Of a DNA stretch of 64,000 bases, positions 10,060 through 19,525 are shown one piece after another (position 1 is the stretch's first letter; the number at the start of each line of letters is the position of its first letter). The DNA lies in contig JBGCFM010000092.1 in assembly GCA_045106895.1 (NCBI GenBank), positions 1-64,000 of the forward strand, read 5' to 3'. The DNA comes from Polyangiales bacterium (GTDB lineage Bacteria > Myxococcota_A > Polyangia > Polyangiales > Houyiibacteriaceae). The notes under the pieces were generated by a model. That model saw nothing but the letters and a program-made list of their open reading frames with translations. It did no database searches and was not told the DNA's origin. The position numbers were made by a program, and so were the translations under genes.

Positions 10060-10542
10060 TCAGTCGCGGAAGTTCGTGTAGCTGAGCGGCAGATCGAGAT
10101 TCTTGGCCTTGAGGCTCGCGATGGCCTCCTGGAGGTCGTCCCGCTTCTTACCGGTCACCCGGACGGTGTCGCCCTGAATCGAAGCCTGCACCTTCAGCTT
10201 GGCTTCCTTGATCGCCTTGACGATCTTCTTCGCGTCGTCCTTTTCGATCCCCTCGCGCAGCTTGAGAAGCTGACGCACCATCGTTCCAGATTTCGCCTTC
10301 GCTTGAGCGTCCACCGCCTTCAGCGAAACGCCGCGCTTCGCGAGCTTCTGGTGCAGCACGTCACGAGCCGCGTCGACGCGAATCTCGCTGTTGGCTTTGA
10401 TGACGATTCCATCATCGGTCCGCTCTATGGAGGCATCGCAGCCTTTGAAGTCATAGCGTTGGGAAATCTCTTTGCTCGCTTGATTGATCGCGTTGGAGAG
10501 TTCGTGTTGTTCGATCTTACAGACGACGTCGAAGGAAGGCAT
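10060..10542 (-). CDS. yajQ: YajQ family nucleotide/c-di-GMP-binding protein
   Basis: MPSFDVV..NAINQA..RYDFKG..KVQASIQGD.VRVTGKKRDDLQ..NFRD. Confidence 0.95.
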   Translation of the reverse strand: MPSFDVVCKIEQHELSNAINQASKEISQRYDFKGCDASIERTDDGIVIKANSEIRVDAARDVLHQKLAKRGVSLKAVDAQAKAKSGTMVRQLLKLREGIEKDDAKKIVKAIKEAKLKVQASIQGDTVRVTGKKRDDLQEAIASLKAKNLDLPLSYTNFRD

Positions 10543-10641
10543 GGCGCTTCCTACCAAAGGCGGCGCGCTTGGCAAAGCCCCTCCCCTCGCTTTCTCGGGC
10601 CCAGACCCCTAGCCCTACGCCAGACACCAGGCTAAAACGAC

Positions 10642-12144
10642 GTGGTGGGGAACGAGGGATCACCGCGGGCGAAGGGGCCCGGCCAAGCGAACAACGTCGC
10701 GATGGGGCGGCGACTGCGCGAGCTCCGCGAAGCGCGCGGTTTGCAGCAAGGCGAGATGGCACGGCGACTGTCGATCTCTCCGGCCTATTTGAGCCTCATC
10801 GAGCAAGGAAAGCGAGCGATGCAGCTCCCTCTGCTCTTCGCCGCCCTCGAACTCTACGGCGAGCCCACGGAGCGCTTCATGGCGAGCCTCGCCCCCGCCC
10901 CCGACCCGCGTGAAGCGCGACTCCGAGAGGCACCCACGTTACGAACCCTTGGGCTCACAGACAGTGACCTCGCCCTCATCGCCAAGACGCCCGTCGCCGC
11001 CGATGCGCTCTCCAAGTTGACCTCGCTCTACGACGCGACGCGTGAACGACTCGATACGCTCCTCACGGGACTTGGCGAAGGCGAACGAGAGGAGCGCGCC
11101 GGAACCGCGCACTTCGACTACCAGTCGTATGACGCCGTCGGGCGCTTCCTTGAGCAGCATAAGAACTACTTTCCCACCCTCGAAGAATGCGCTGAGCGTT
11201 TTCGTCAAAAAGCGGAGCTCTCCGCACGTCTCCCATCCCGAGAACTCGAACACGCCCTCGCAGAACACCTCGGCGTCACGGTTCGCAGCCCGGAGGCGGG
11301 CGACCCGGTGGTGCAGCGATGGGATCCCGGGAAGCGAACGCTCACGCTCTCGCCGCATTTGAGGGAACACCGCCGGCGCTTTCGTCTGGCTCATTCCATC
11401 GCGCTGCGCCTCTTCGAAGAACACGACCCGCGAACGACCATCTTGGAGGACCTCACTCAGAATGAGGCGCCAGAGACGCTCAAGCTCATCAAGATCCACC
11501 TCAGCAACTATGTGGCGGGGGCCATCCTTCTGCCATACCAGCAGTTCTACGACGCCGTCGTCGAGACCCGTTATGACGTGGAACTCCTCGAGACCTGGTT
11601 CGACACCAGCTTCGAGAGCGTCGCCCACCGTCTCTGCAACCTCGGCGACCCCGAACGCCCCGGCGTGCCCTTACATTTTCTGCGCGTCGACATCGCCGGG
11701 AACATCAGCAAACGCTACGCCGGTGATGGCATCGCGTTCCCCTCGCGGGAAGGCGGATGCCCAAAGATGGCGGCACATCTCGCCTTTCTCTCGCCGAACA
11801 TCATCACCAAGCAGTACGCGGTGTTTCCTGACGGCAGCACGCACTTCACCTTTGCGAAGGTCACCTCCGAACGAGAAGGCGGCAGTATTGCCCGCGGGAC
11901 ACTCTATTCCATCGGGCTCGGGTGCCGTGCGGAGGACGCGTCACGGCTCGCCTACGCCGACGACATGCCCTTCGCGGACCCAAAGCGCATGACCGTTCCT
12001 GTGGGGACGACCTGTCGTTCCTGCGAGCGGAGCGACTGCAGGATGCGCAGCGCGCCAAGCTACGCCCACCAGTTCCGCGTCGACGAGACCATCACGAAGG
12101 CCAACTTCTTCTCGCCAGGGACCGGCGAGAAGAACGAGAACTAG
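10642..12144 (+). CDS. XRE-family short-chain fatty acyl-CoA regulator (RamB/PrpR/PccR-like)
   Basis: N-terminal HTH (LSISPAYLSLIEQGKR), NYFP, NYVAGAILLPY, SFESVAHRL, RVDIAGNISKR and C-terminal CRSCERSDC. Confidence 0.88.
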   Translation: MVGNEGSPRAKGPGQANNVAMGRRLRELREARGLQQGEMARRLSISPAYLSLIEQGKRAMQLPLLFAALELYGEPTERFMASLAPAPDPREARLREAPTLRTLGLTDSDLALIAKTPVAADALSKLTSLYDATRERLDTLLTGLGEGEREERAGTAHFDYQSYDAVGRFLEQHKNYFPTLEECAERFRQKAELSARLPSRELEHALAEHLGVTVRSPEAGDPVVQRWDPGKRTLTLSPHLREHRRRFRLAHSIALRLFEEHDPRTTILEDLTQNEAPETLKLIKIHLSNYVAGAILLPYQQFYDAVVETRYDVELLETWFDTSFESVAHRLCNLGDPERPGVPLHFLRVDIAGNISKRYAGDGIAFPSREGGCPKMAAHLAFLSPNIITKQYAVFPDGSTHFTFAKVTSEREGGSIARGTLYSIGLGCRAEDASRLAYADDMPFADPKRMTVPVGTTCRSCERSDCRMRSAPSYAHQFRVDETITKANFFSPGTGEKNEN

Positions 12145-12440
12145 CCCGGCGCAACCCCAGCGGGGGAGGAGGAGGACGAGAGAAGGGGACGAGACGATCG
12201 CCCCCAAACGCCCACGCTCCGCCGGACCGGAGAGGACACTTTTCCTTCGAGGAGCGAGCAGCCCCCCTCGGAAAAGGCCCTTCATCGAGGCTCAGAGGCG
12301 CTCCACACCCGCAATGCGTCGCAATTCCTCCTCTTAGGTCCCTACGGGGCCAGGGGTCTTGCTCCCCGACACGCGGACGGGCGTTGATTCCGCCGCACCC
12401 TACGTTCTACCCTCTCCGCAATGATCTGCCGGGAGACACC

Positions 12441-14408
12441 ATGAGCGCACTTCCACCGCAACGCGCTCGAGCAGCTGGCCCCGCGCTTACGCCAGGCACC
12501 GTCGTCGGCGGCCGCTTCGCCATCGAAGGGCAAGAGTACGCAGACCATCTCGGTATCGTGCTGCGAAGCAAAGATACGAAGACCGACAAACCCATCGCGC
12601 TGCGTCTCCTCGCGCCGGGGCTCGTCGACACGGCGGGCATGAAAGTCCTTCGCGCCGAGTGCCGAACGGCCGCCGCCCTCAGTCACAAGAACATCGTCAC
12701 CACTTATGGCGTGGGAACGGCGCGCGGCCGCGCCTTCGTCGCCACCGCCTGGGTTGAGGGTAGACCCCTCACCGACGTCATCGCCGCACGACGCAAGAAC
12801 GGCGGATATATGTCCCTCGGCGGCATCTACCGAGTTCTCGAGCATGTCTGCCGTGCCCTCACCGTGGCTCAACCCAAAGCGTGCCACGGGACACTTCGCC
12901 CTTCGGCCGTTTGGATCGCCGACGATGGCCGTGTTCAGGTCACCGACTTCGGCCTCGCCCGCGCCCTCCTCGCCGGCCGCGGCGCCGCGGTCTTCGCGAA
13001 AGAAGACCAGAGCTGCTTCGCCCCCGAGGTGAAAGCTGGCTCACCGCCAACAGCTGCCGCGGACATCTTTGGTCTGGGCGCGATCCTCTACCTTCTGTTG
13101 ACTGGCAAGAGCCCCGCCGACGGCTTCGTTCCGCCATCGCAGGTACATCCAGACGCGAGCGCTGAGATCGACCAAGTGCTCCTGATGTGCCTTGCCGCCG
13201 ACCCTGCGGCACGCTTTGCCTCGCCAGATGAGGTCCGCGCTGCGCTTCAGCCCCTCGTCGCCGGCGCTCCCACCGTCCCCCTTGAAACGGACCTTGGAGT
13301 CAAAGAGGTCGTTCGCAGCATCGCGCCCGCAGCGATGCCCGACGAGAGCATCGAGGTCGAGCTGGACATCGATATCGACGTGGGAAGCATCCAGGCCCCG
13401 GCGACTCCTCAGGCTTCCCTCGACCCCTTTGCGCCTTCGGCTCCAAGTGGACCCCAAGCCGGTGACCGCGTCTCTATCCACGAAGAGTTTCGCGCGTCGA
13501 TTCCCCATGCGCCCCCCGCTTCGACGACCAACGAGCTCGGCAATGCGCTCAAGGAACTCACGGCGAACGACGCGCCACGTTGGATGGTCGACAAAGACGG
13601 CCTCAGCCATGGCCCCTTCGATGCCCGAGAGCTCGTCGAGCTGATCATCAAGGGCGAGGTCCTCGAAGCACACGTCCTGTCGAACATGGACACGGGCGCC
13701 AAGAAGCCCATCAAGCAGTGGCCCGAGTTCAAAGAGTTCGTCGAACAGCAAAAGCTGCGGCAACGCCAGCAGGTTCGAAAAGACGCCCTCGACGACGCTG
13801 AAAAGAGCGAAAAGCGTTCCGGCGCGACCAAGCTAATCGTCGGTGGACTCCTCATCGCCGGCCTGATCACCGCCGCCGTCGTTTTCTTCGCGACGCGCGA
13901 AACGGGCGAGGAAACGACCGTCGCCGACGCCGAACTTGGCGAGCTCTTTGAGCATGGCGAAATCGAAATCGAAGGAACCGTCGGAATCCTGCCCGACCCC
14001 CCAAGGCGTGGACGCGGAATGCGGCGCGCGGGAGCCATGGGCGGCGGAGGCGGCGGCTTCGCTGGCTCCTACGAAGATGCGATGAACCGCGCCGTCGAAC
14101 TCGGCGACGCCACGATGGGCGGCGGACAAGGTCGGCTTTCTCCCGCGCAGGTCGTCGGTGTCATGAACCGCCAGGTCAACCGCATCTACTCTTCCTGCGT
14201 TGGCCCCGAAGCCGCTCGTGGGGGGCGCCTTGGAAACGTCACCATCGATATCGCCATCGGCGGCAACGGCGCCGTGCAAGGTGTGTCCGCTCGCCAAGGA
14301 AGTGGCGCGTTCAAAGCGTGCGTTCAGCGCGCCGTTCGTCGGGTACGTTTCCCAAGCTTTGGCGCCCCACGCATGGGCGCTCGCTACAGTTTCGACGCAA
14401 GTCCATGA
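12441..14408 (+). CDS. Ser/Thr protein-kinase-fold protein (pseudokinase) with GYF-like, transmembrane and AgmX/TonB-C-like domains
   Basis: GGAGA RBS before the ATG. Kinase fold (HKNIV, DFGLAR, APE, ADIFGLGAILY), WMV..GPF..EL GYF_2-like segment, TM helix and a C-terminal C..VTIDIAIGGNGAV..CV..VRFP domain. Confidence 0.8.
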   Translation: MSALPPQRARAAGPALTPGTVVGGRFAIEGQEYADHLGIVLRSKDTKTDKPIALRLLAPGLVDTAGMKVLRAECRTAAALSHKNIVTTYGVGTARGRAFVATAWVEGRPLTDVIAARRKNGGYMSLGGIYRVLEHVCRALTVAQPKACHGTLRPSAVWIADDGRVQVTDFGLARALLAGRGAAVFAKEDQSCFAPEVKAGSPPTAAADIFGLGAILYLLLTGKSPADGFVPPSQVHPDASAEIDQVLLMCLAADPAARFASPDEVRAALQPLVAGAPTVPLETDLGVKEVVRSIAPAAMPDESIEVELDIDIDVGSIQAPATPQASLDPFAPSAPSGPQAGDRVSIHEEFRASIPHAPPASTTNELGNALKELTANDAPRWMVDKDGLSHGPFDARELVELIIKGEVLEAHVLSNMDTGAKKPIKQWPEFKEFVEQQKLRQRQQVRKDALDDAEKSEKRSGATKLIVGGLLIAGLITAAVVFFATRETGEETTVADAELGELFEHGEIEIEGTVGILPDPPRRGRGMRRAGAMGGGGGGFAGSYEDAMNRAVELGDATMGGGQGRLSPAQVVGVMNRQVNRIYSSCVGPEAARGGRLGNVTIDIAIGGNGAVQGVSARQGSGAFKACVQRAVRRVRFPSFGAPRMGARYSFDASP

Positions 14409-15169
14409 AGCCCTTCGCCCGACTATGCGCCCTAGCTCTGCTTTTCGGGTGCGAAGCGACCGTGGAAGAAGGCCTCAGCGAAGAGTCTGCGAACGCGATT
14501 GTGGTTGCTCTGCACGACGCCGAGATCGGCGCGCACAAAGAGCCTAGCGCTGGGGACGAAGGGCTCTTTCGTGTCATCGTCCCCGCAGACGACGTCGGCG
14601 ACGCCCTCAACACCCTTCGTGCCGAAGGGCTCCCGAGACGCGAACAGACCGGTTTCGAAGAAGTATTCGGCGAAGGCGGCCTCGTTCCCACCGCCACGGA
14701 AGAACGCGCACGCTACGTGTCCGCCTTGGGCGGCGAACTCGCCCGCTCCATCGAGTCCATCGAAGGTGTTCTTGAGTCACGCGTCCACATCGCGCTTCCC
14801 GACACGCGCCGAGTCTCCCTCGACGACGCACCACCGACGGCTCGTGCCTCCGTCCTGATGAAGTATCGGGGTGAATCACAACCCGTCAGCGATGAGGCGC
14901 TCAAAGCCCTCATCGTTGGTGCCGTCCAAAGCATGGCCACAGAAGATGTCTCCGTTGTCGCCGTTCGGGTCCAGCCACCCGCCGCGAGTTCGGGCTCCCG
15001 GCTCGTTTCCGTCGGCCCCTTCAGCGTGAGCCGAGGCTCTGCGATGGGGCTCAAGCTCGTCCTCGGAGGCTTGCTTCTCCTCAACGTTCTTCTGGCGGCT
15101 TTCGTCGTCCTGCTGCGTCTGCGTCGTCCCAAGACACTGCCGCAGCCCGAAATCACGCAAACGTCATGA
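14405..15169 (+). CDS. sctJ: SctJ/YscJ/EscJ-family inner-membrane ring lipoprotein
   Basis: Lipobox LFGC, GLSEESANAIVVAL, GLP..GFEEVF..GLVPTATEERARY..ELARSIESIEGVLESRVHIALP..ASVLMKY and a C-terminal TM. ATGA overlap with the upstream stop. Confidence 0.88.
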   Translation: MKPFARLCALALLFGCEATVEEGLSEESANAIVVALHDAEIGAHKEPSAGDEGLFRVIVPADDVGDALNTLRAEGLPRREQTGFEEVFGEGGLVPTATEERARYVSALGGELARSIESIEGVLESRVHIALPDTRRVSLDDAPPTARASVLMKYRGESQPVSDEALKALIVGAVQSMATEDVSVVAVRVQPPAASSGSRLVSVGPFSVSRGSAMGLKLVLGGLLLLNVLLAAFVVLLRLRRPKTLPQPEITQTS

Positions 15170-15221
15170 GCGCGTGCGCGCGACAACAACACATCAAACA
15201 CAAAAACGGGGAGGGGTTCCA

Positions 15222-16460
15222 ATGTCTTCAGATTTTCTAGCGAACACACAGCGCTACTTTGACAACGCAGCAAAGCTCTTGAAGATGCCGAAAGAGGTCG
15301 CCACGCACCTCCAGACGCCGCGGCGCGAAGTTCGCGTCGAACTAAACGTCAAGAGAGACGACGGGTCCCTCGCTACCTTCATCGGCTTTCGCGTTCAGCA
15401 CGACAACGCAAGAGGTCCTTTCAAAGGCGGACTCCGCTATCACCATCACGTCGACGCTCAAGAGGTCACCGCCCTCGCCACACTGATGACTTGGAAGACC
15501 GCTATCGTCGGCGTTCCCTTCGGCGGCGCCAAAGGCGGCATCGCCGTTGACGCGCGCACGCTTAGCGACGTGGAGAACCAGGCCCTGACCCGCAAGTTCA
15601 TCGATGGCATCCACGATATCATCGGCGCGACGACGGACATTCCTGCACCGGACATGAACACCAACGGTCAGACCATGGCTTGGATCTTCGACCAGTACAG
15701 CAAGTACCACGGCTACGAACCAGGCGTCGTCACCGGCAAGCCCGTCTCCTTGGGCGGCAGCATCGGACGTACCGCCGCGACGGGCCGCGGCGTTGTGTAC
15801 GCCACAGAAGAGTTGCTCAAGACCGAAGGCGAGACCCTCGAGGGCAAGACCGTCGTGATTCAGGGCTTCGGAAACGTTGGCACTTGGGCTGCCCGAGACT
15901 ACGTGGCGAAGGGCGCGAAAATCATCGGCATCGCCGACATCTCCGGCGGCTACGTGAACAACGAAGGCATCGACATCGAAGCCGCGATCAAGTTCTGCGC
16001 TGACGGCGACGGAACACTCAAGGGCTACACCGGCGGCGACACCGTCGAGGGAACCGCGTTCCTCACGACGCCCTGCGACATTCTCGTCCCCGCCGCCCTC
16101 AGCGGCGTGCTCACCGCTGAGGTCGCGAAGGAAGTCAGCGCCAAGTACATTGTCGAGGGAGCAAACGGCCCCACCACGCCCGAGGCCGATGAGGTCTTCG
16201 ATGCGCGCGGCATTCACGTCATCCCGGACGTCTACGCGAACGCCGGCGGTGTCACGGTCAGCTACTTCGAGTGGTCGCAGAACATGCAGCACTTCTACTG
16301 GGACATGGAGAAGGTCAACAGTGAGCTGCGCAAAATCATGAACGCTGGCTTCGCCAATGTTCACGCCACCGCCAAGAAGCATGGCTGCAACCTGCGAACG
16401 GCAGCCTTCGTGTTGGGTATCGAACGCGTCGCCGCCGCTTCGGAGCTTCGCGGACTCTGA
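15222..16460 (+). CDS. gdhA: Glu/Leu/Phe/Val dehydrogenase (glutamate dehydrogenase type)
   Basis: RGPFKGGLRY, MTWK, GGAKGG, DIPAPD, VTGKP, QGFGNVG, EGANGP and NAGGVTVSYFEW. GGAGG RBS. Confidence 0.93.
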   Translation: MSSDFLANTQRYFDNAAKLLKMPKEVATHLQTPRREVRVELNVKRDDGSLATFIGFRVQHDNARGPFKGGLRYHHHVDAQEVTALATLMTWKTAIVGVPFGGAKGGIAVDARTLSDVENQALTRKFIDGIHDIIGATTDIPAPDMNTNGQTMAWIFDQYSKYHGYEPGVVTGKPVSLGGSIGRTAATGRGVVYATEELLKTEGETLEGKTVVIQGFGNVGTWAARDYVAKGAKIIGIADISGGYVNNEGIDIEAAIKFCADGDGTLKGYTGGDTVEGTAFLTTPCDILVPAALSGVLTAEVAKEVSAKYIVEGANGPTTPEADEVFDARGIHVIPDVYANAGGVTVSYFEWSQNMQHFYWDMEKVNSELRKIMNAGFANVHATAKKHGCNLRTAAFVLGIERVAAASELRGL

Positions 16461-16466
16461 CAGCCC

Positions 16467-17204
16467 TTGATTCGCGTCGAAAACGTACATAAGAGTTTTC
16501 GCGCGCCCGTATTGCGGGGTGTCACACTGCGCGTCCCCCCAGGTTCCATCTACGCACTGATCGGACCCGGGGCGGCGGGCAAAAGCCTGCTATTCAAGAT
16601 GATCGCTGGCCTCGTCGCGCCCGAAGAAGGAAATATCTTCGTGGACGGCGACGAAGTCACCGCGATGGACGAACTCGCGCTCCACGAGGTCCGCGAGAAA
16701 ATCGGGATGCTCTTCCAAAACTACGCCCTCTTCGACCTCGACGTCGCGGAGAACATCGCGTTTCCCCTCAGGCGCCAACGCGGAGGCCCCCCTCCGGAGG
16801 ACGAGATCGCAGCGAGGGTCGCCGAACGACTCGAGCGCGTAGCGTTGCCAGGGACCGAAACGCGTATCCCGCAGTCGATGTCCGGCGGCCAAAAGAAACG
16901 TATCGGCGTGGCCCGCGCGACGATCACCGAGCCCCCGATTCTCCTCTACGACGAGCCAACGGCGGGACTCGACCCTGTCACGAGCAAGAAGATCTACAAT
17001 CTCGTCCGCGAAGAACAGCGCGCGCGTAACTCCACAGCGATGGTCATCTCCAGCGACGTCTCCGGCGTCCTCTCCATCGCGGACCACGTCGCGATGCTCT
17101 ACGAAGGAAAGATCATTTTTGAAGGAAGCGCGGAGGACGCGCGCACCACGGAGCAGCCCGCCGTGCGTCAATTCGTTCACGGGCTCACGGAGGGTCCGCT
17201 GTGA
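16467..17204 (+). CDS. MlaF/Mkl-type ABC ATPase (copy 1)
   Basis: GPGAAGKS, MLFQNYALFD, MSGGQKKR and LYDEPTAGLDP. The H-loop reads SSD. Confidence 0.9.
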   Translation: MIRVENVHKSFRAPVLRGVTLRVPPGSIYALIGPGAAGKSLLFKMIAGLVAPEEGNIFVDGDEVTAMDELALHEVREKIGMLFQNYALFDLDVAENIAFPLRRQRGGPPPEDEIAARVAERLERVALPGTETRIPQSMSGGQKKRIGVARATITEPPILLYDEPTAGLDPVTSKKIYNLVREEQRARNSTAMVISSDVSGVLSIADHVAMLYEGKIIFEGSAEDARTTEQPAVRQFVHGLTEGPL

Positions 17205-17983
17205 GCGCCGGCTTTCTTAGTTTCCCGTCTCGCCTCGGAGCATTCATCTTGGCGGTGTCGACGCAGGTCGGCGGAATCGCGTTGCTCACAAAAGCGGTCC
17301 TCGCGAGAATGCGACCCAGCCTCATCGACCGACATGAGCTCTTTCGCAACTTCGAACGCATGGGTTTGCGCAGCGTGCCCATCATCTGTGCGACCGCCGC
17401 CTTCACCGGCGGTATCATGGTGATTCAGGCCGCGCCCTTCGTAGAGCAGCTGCAGGCTACTCGCTTCATCGGTTGGGCCGCCACGTTCACCACTGTGCGC
17501 GAGATCGGCCCACTCCTCATCGGCCTCATCTTCAATGGACGCGTCGGCGCGAACAACACCGCTGAACTCGGCACGATGCAGGTGACCGATCAGGTCGATG
17601 CGCTCCGTGCCCTCGCCATCGATCCCATCGCGTATCTCGTGGTCCCACGGGTTCTTGCGATGGTCTCGATGATGGTCGTCCTCTGCGTAGTGGGCGATGC
17701 CGTCGCTCTCCTCGGCGCCGTTGGCCTCGCAGACGTCCTCCTGGGCGTACACCCGCAGCTCTTTCTCTCTTCCGCGCTGGAGCGACTCGAGGCGTGGGAC
17801 TTCTACATCGGCCTCATCAAGGCGGGCCTCTTCGGCCTCATGATCGCCTTCGTCTCTTGCTACTACGGTCTGGCCACCAGCGGTGGCGCGCCGGGCGTCG
17901 GTCGTAGCGTCAACCGAAGCGTCGTCGCCGCCGCCGCCGGCATCTTCATCTGCGACTACCTGTCGACCTTTCTCCTCGAGTAA
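17201..17983 (+). CDS. MlaE/YrbE-family ABC permease (copy 1)
   Basis: REIGP..GRVGA..AELGTMQVTDQVDAL..YLVVPR..GVGR. Confidence 0.92.
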   Translation: MSAGFLSFPSRLGAFILAVSTQVGGIALLTKAVLARMRPSLIDRHELFRNFERMGLRSVPIICATAAFTGGIMVIQAAPFVEQLQATRFIGWAATFTTVREIGPLLIGLIFNGRVGANNTAELGTMQVTDQVDALRALAIDPIAYLVVPRVLAMVSMMVVLCVVGDAVALLGAVGLADVLLGVHPQLFLSSALERLEAWDFYIGLIKAGLFGLMIAFVSCYYGLATSGGAPGVGRSVNRSVVAAAAGIFICDYLSTFLLE

Positions 17984-17986
17984 GCG

Positions 17987-18766
17987 ATGAGCCGACAAAG
18001 CCCCAGCCTGCTCAGCTCTCTCCGTCGTTTATTCCAGGACGGGCGCGCCATCGCGCACCTCTTCGCGCGTACTCTCTACTTCCTCTTTCGCGGAAAACGA
18101 CAGCGCGGCGCCGTCGCCCAACAAATGTACGCCATCGGCAACGGTAGCCTGCCCTTCATGGTCGTCACCATGGGCTTCATTGGCGCGATCATCGCCTTCC
18201 AAACCGGTCTTCAGTCCATGAAACTGGTGCCTGATTTTTCCCAGGTGGGAGCGACGTTTCTCAAGATGCTCGTCCGAGATCTGGCCCCATCCATTGGCGC
18301 CCTGCCCCTTGCCACGCGCGTCGGCGCCGGCATCGCCGCCGAACTCGGATCCATGGTCGTCACCGACCAAGTCGACGCTCTTCGAATGTGCGGCGCAGAC
18401 CCCGTCGACTACCTCGTGGTACCGCGCTTCATCGCGAGCGTCATCATGGGCTCGGTCATTCTCGTCATCGGGGGTTTTGTGGCCTACGGCTCAGGGATGC
18501 TCGTCGCGTACCTGAGCTTCGACGTCAACCCCAACACCTTCGTCAACCTCATGTACGTCAACATGGGCGACCTGGTCATCGGTCTTTTGAAGTGCGTCAC
18601 CTACGGCGGCACCATCGCCCTGGTCAGCGCTCAACGCGGACTCGCCACCTTCGGCGGCTCCGAGGGCGTCGGCGCAGCAACCACCGAAGCCGTCGTCGGG
18701 TCCTGCTTTGGCATCATCCTCCTCAACCTCATCATCAGCAGCGCCGGCTACGCGCTGGGTCTCTAG
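17987..18766 (+). CDS. MlaE/YrbE-family ABC permease (copy 2)
   Basis: RDLAP..RVGAGIAAELGSMVVTDQVDAL..YLVVPR..GSEGVGAATTEAVV. Confidence 0.92.
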   Translation: MSRQSPSLLSSLRRLFQDGRAIAHLFARTLYFLFRGKRQRGAVAQQMYAIGNGSLPFMVVTMGFIGAIIAFQTGLQSMKLVPDFSQVGATFLKMLVRDLAPSIGALPLATRVGAGIAAELGSMVVTDQVDALRMCGADPVDYLVVPRFIASVIMGSVILVIGGFVAYGSGMLVAYLSFDVNPNTFVNLMYVNMGDLVIGLLKCVTYGGTIALVSAQRGLATFGGSEGVGAATTEAVVGSCFGIILLNLIISSAGYALGL

Positions 18767-18778
18767 GAAGAGGCTCCG

Positions 18779-19525
18779 ATGCCGATTCGCTTCGTCAACA
18801 TACACAAGGCCTTCGGACCCAAGGTCGTGCTCAAGGGCGTCGATTTCGACGTCAAAGACGGGGAGTGCTTCTTCATCATCGGCGCCTCCGGCGTCGGCAA
18901 AAGCGTCCTCATCAAGCACCTCATCGGCATCCTTCGTTGCGACCAAGGCGATATTTTCCTTGGGGAGCATGAGGTCTCGCGCTTGCCCGAAGAGGAGCTC
19001 GCGCCGGTCCGGAAGGCCTGCGCCATGGTCTTCCAAAACTCCACCCTCTTCGACTCCATGACCTGCGCCGAAAACGTCGCCCTCCCTCTACGGAAGCACA
19101 AGGGCATGTCCATGAGCGACGCCATCGACGACGCTCGCCGGCGCCTCGAGCGTGTTCAAATGGACAAATATGCAGACGCCTTCCCCGCAGAGCTTGGGGA
19201 CGGCATGCGCAAGCGCGTGGCCATCGCGCGCGCCCTCACGCTGGACCCCGAATACGTCCTCTTCGATGAGCCCACGACGTCTCTCGACCCGGTGAGCGCC
19301 CGCCGGACGGACGTACTCATCCGTCGCCTCTGTGACGAGTTCGGCGTCACTTCCATCGTCGTCAGCCATGACTTGGTCAGCATCTTCTCCATCGCTGACC
19401 GCATCGCAATGTTGTACAAGGGCACCGTGCGCCTTCTCGGAACGCCGGATGACTTTCGAAATACGGACGACCCCATCGTCCAGCAGTTTATTCGTGGTGA
19501 GGCGGAAGGGCCGATGGAAGTATGA
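18779..19525 (+). CDS. MlaF/Mkl-type ABC ATPase (copy 2)
   Basis: GASGVGKS, MVFQNSTLFDS, LFDEPTT and VSHD. The signature motif reads LGDGM. Confidence 0.9.
   Translation: MPIRFVNIHKAFGPKVVLKGVDFDVKDGECFFIIGASGVGKSVLIKHLIGILRCDQGDIFLGEHEVSRLPEEELAPVRKACAMVFQNSTLFDSMTCAENVALPLRKHKGMSMSDAIDDARRRLERVQMDKYADAFPAELGDGMRKRVAIARALTLDPEYVLFDEPTTSLDPVSARRTDVLIRRLCDEFGVTSIVVSHDLVSIFSIADRIAMLYKGTVRLLGTPDDFRNTDDPIVQQFIRGEAEGPMEV

Noticed and set aside
12224..12300. Glycine-riboswitch resemblance (GGAGAG..CGAGGAGC)
   Set aside because: It lacks the conserved CCGAAG and CTCTCAGG elements, and the downstream gene is unrelated to glycine.
11922..12440. N-terminal extension of the 828-aa kinase ORF
   Set aside because: It overlaps the regulator gene and has non-protein-like composition. 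The ATG at 12441 has a good RBS.
15342..16490. 382-aa ORF antisense to glutamate dehydrogenase
   Set aside because: Codon-bias shadow with no recognisable domain.
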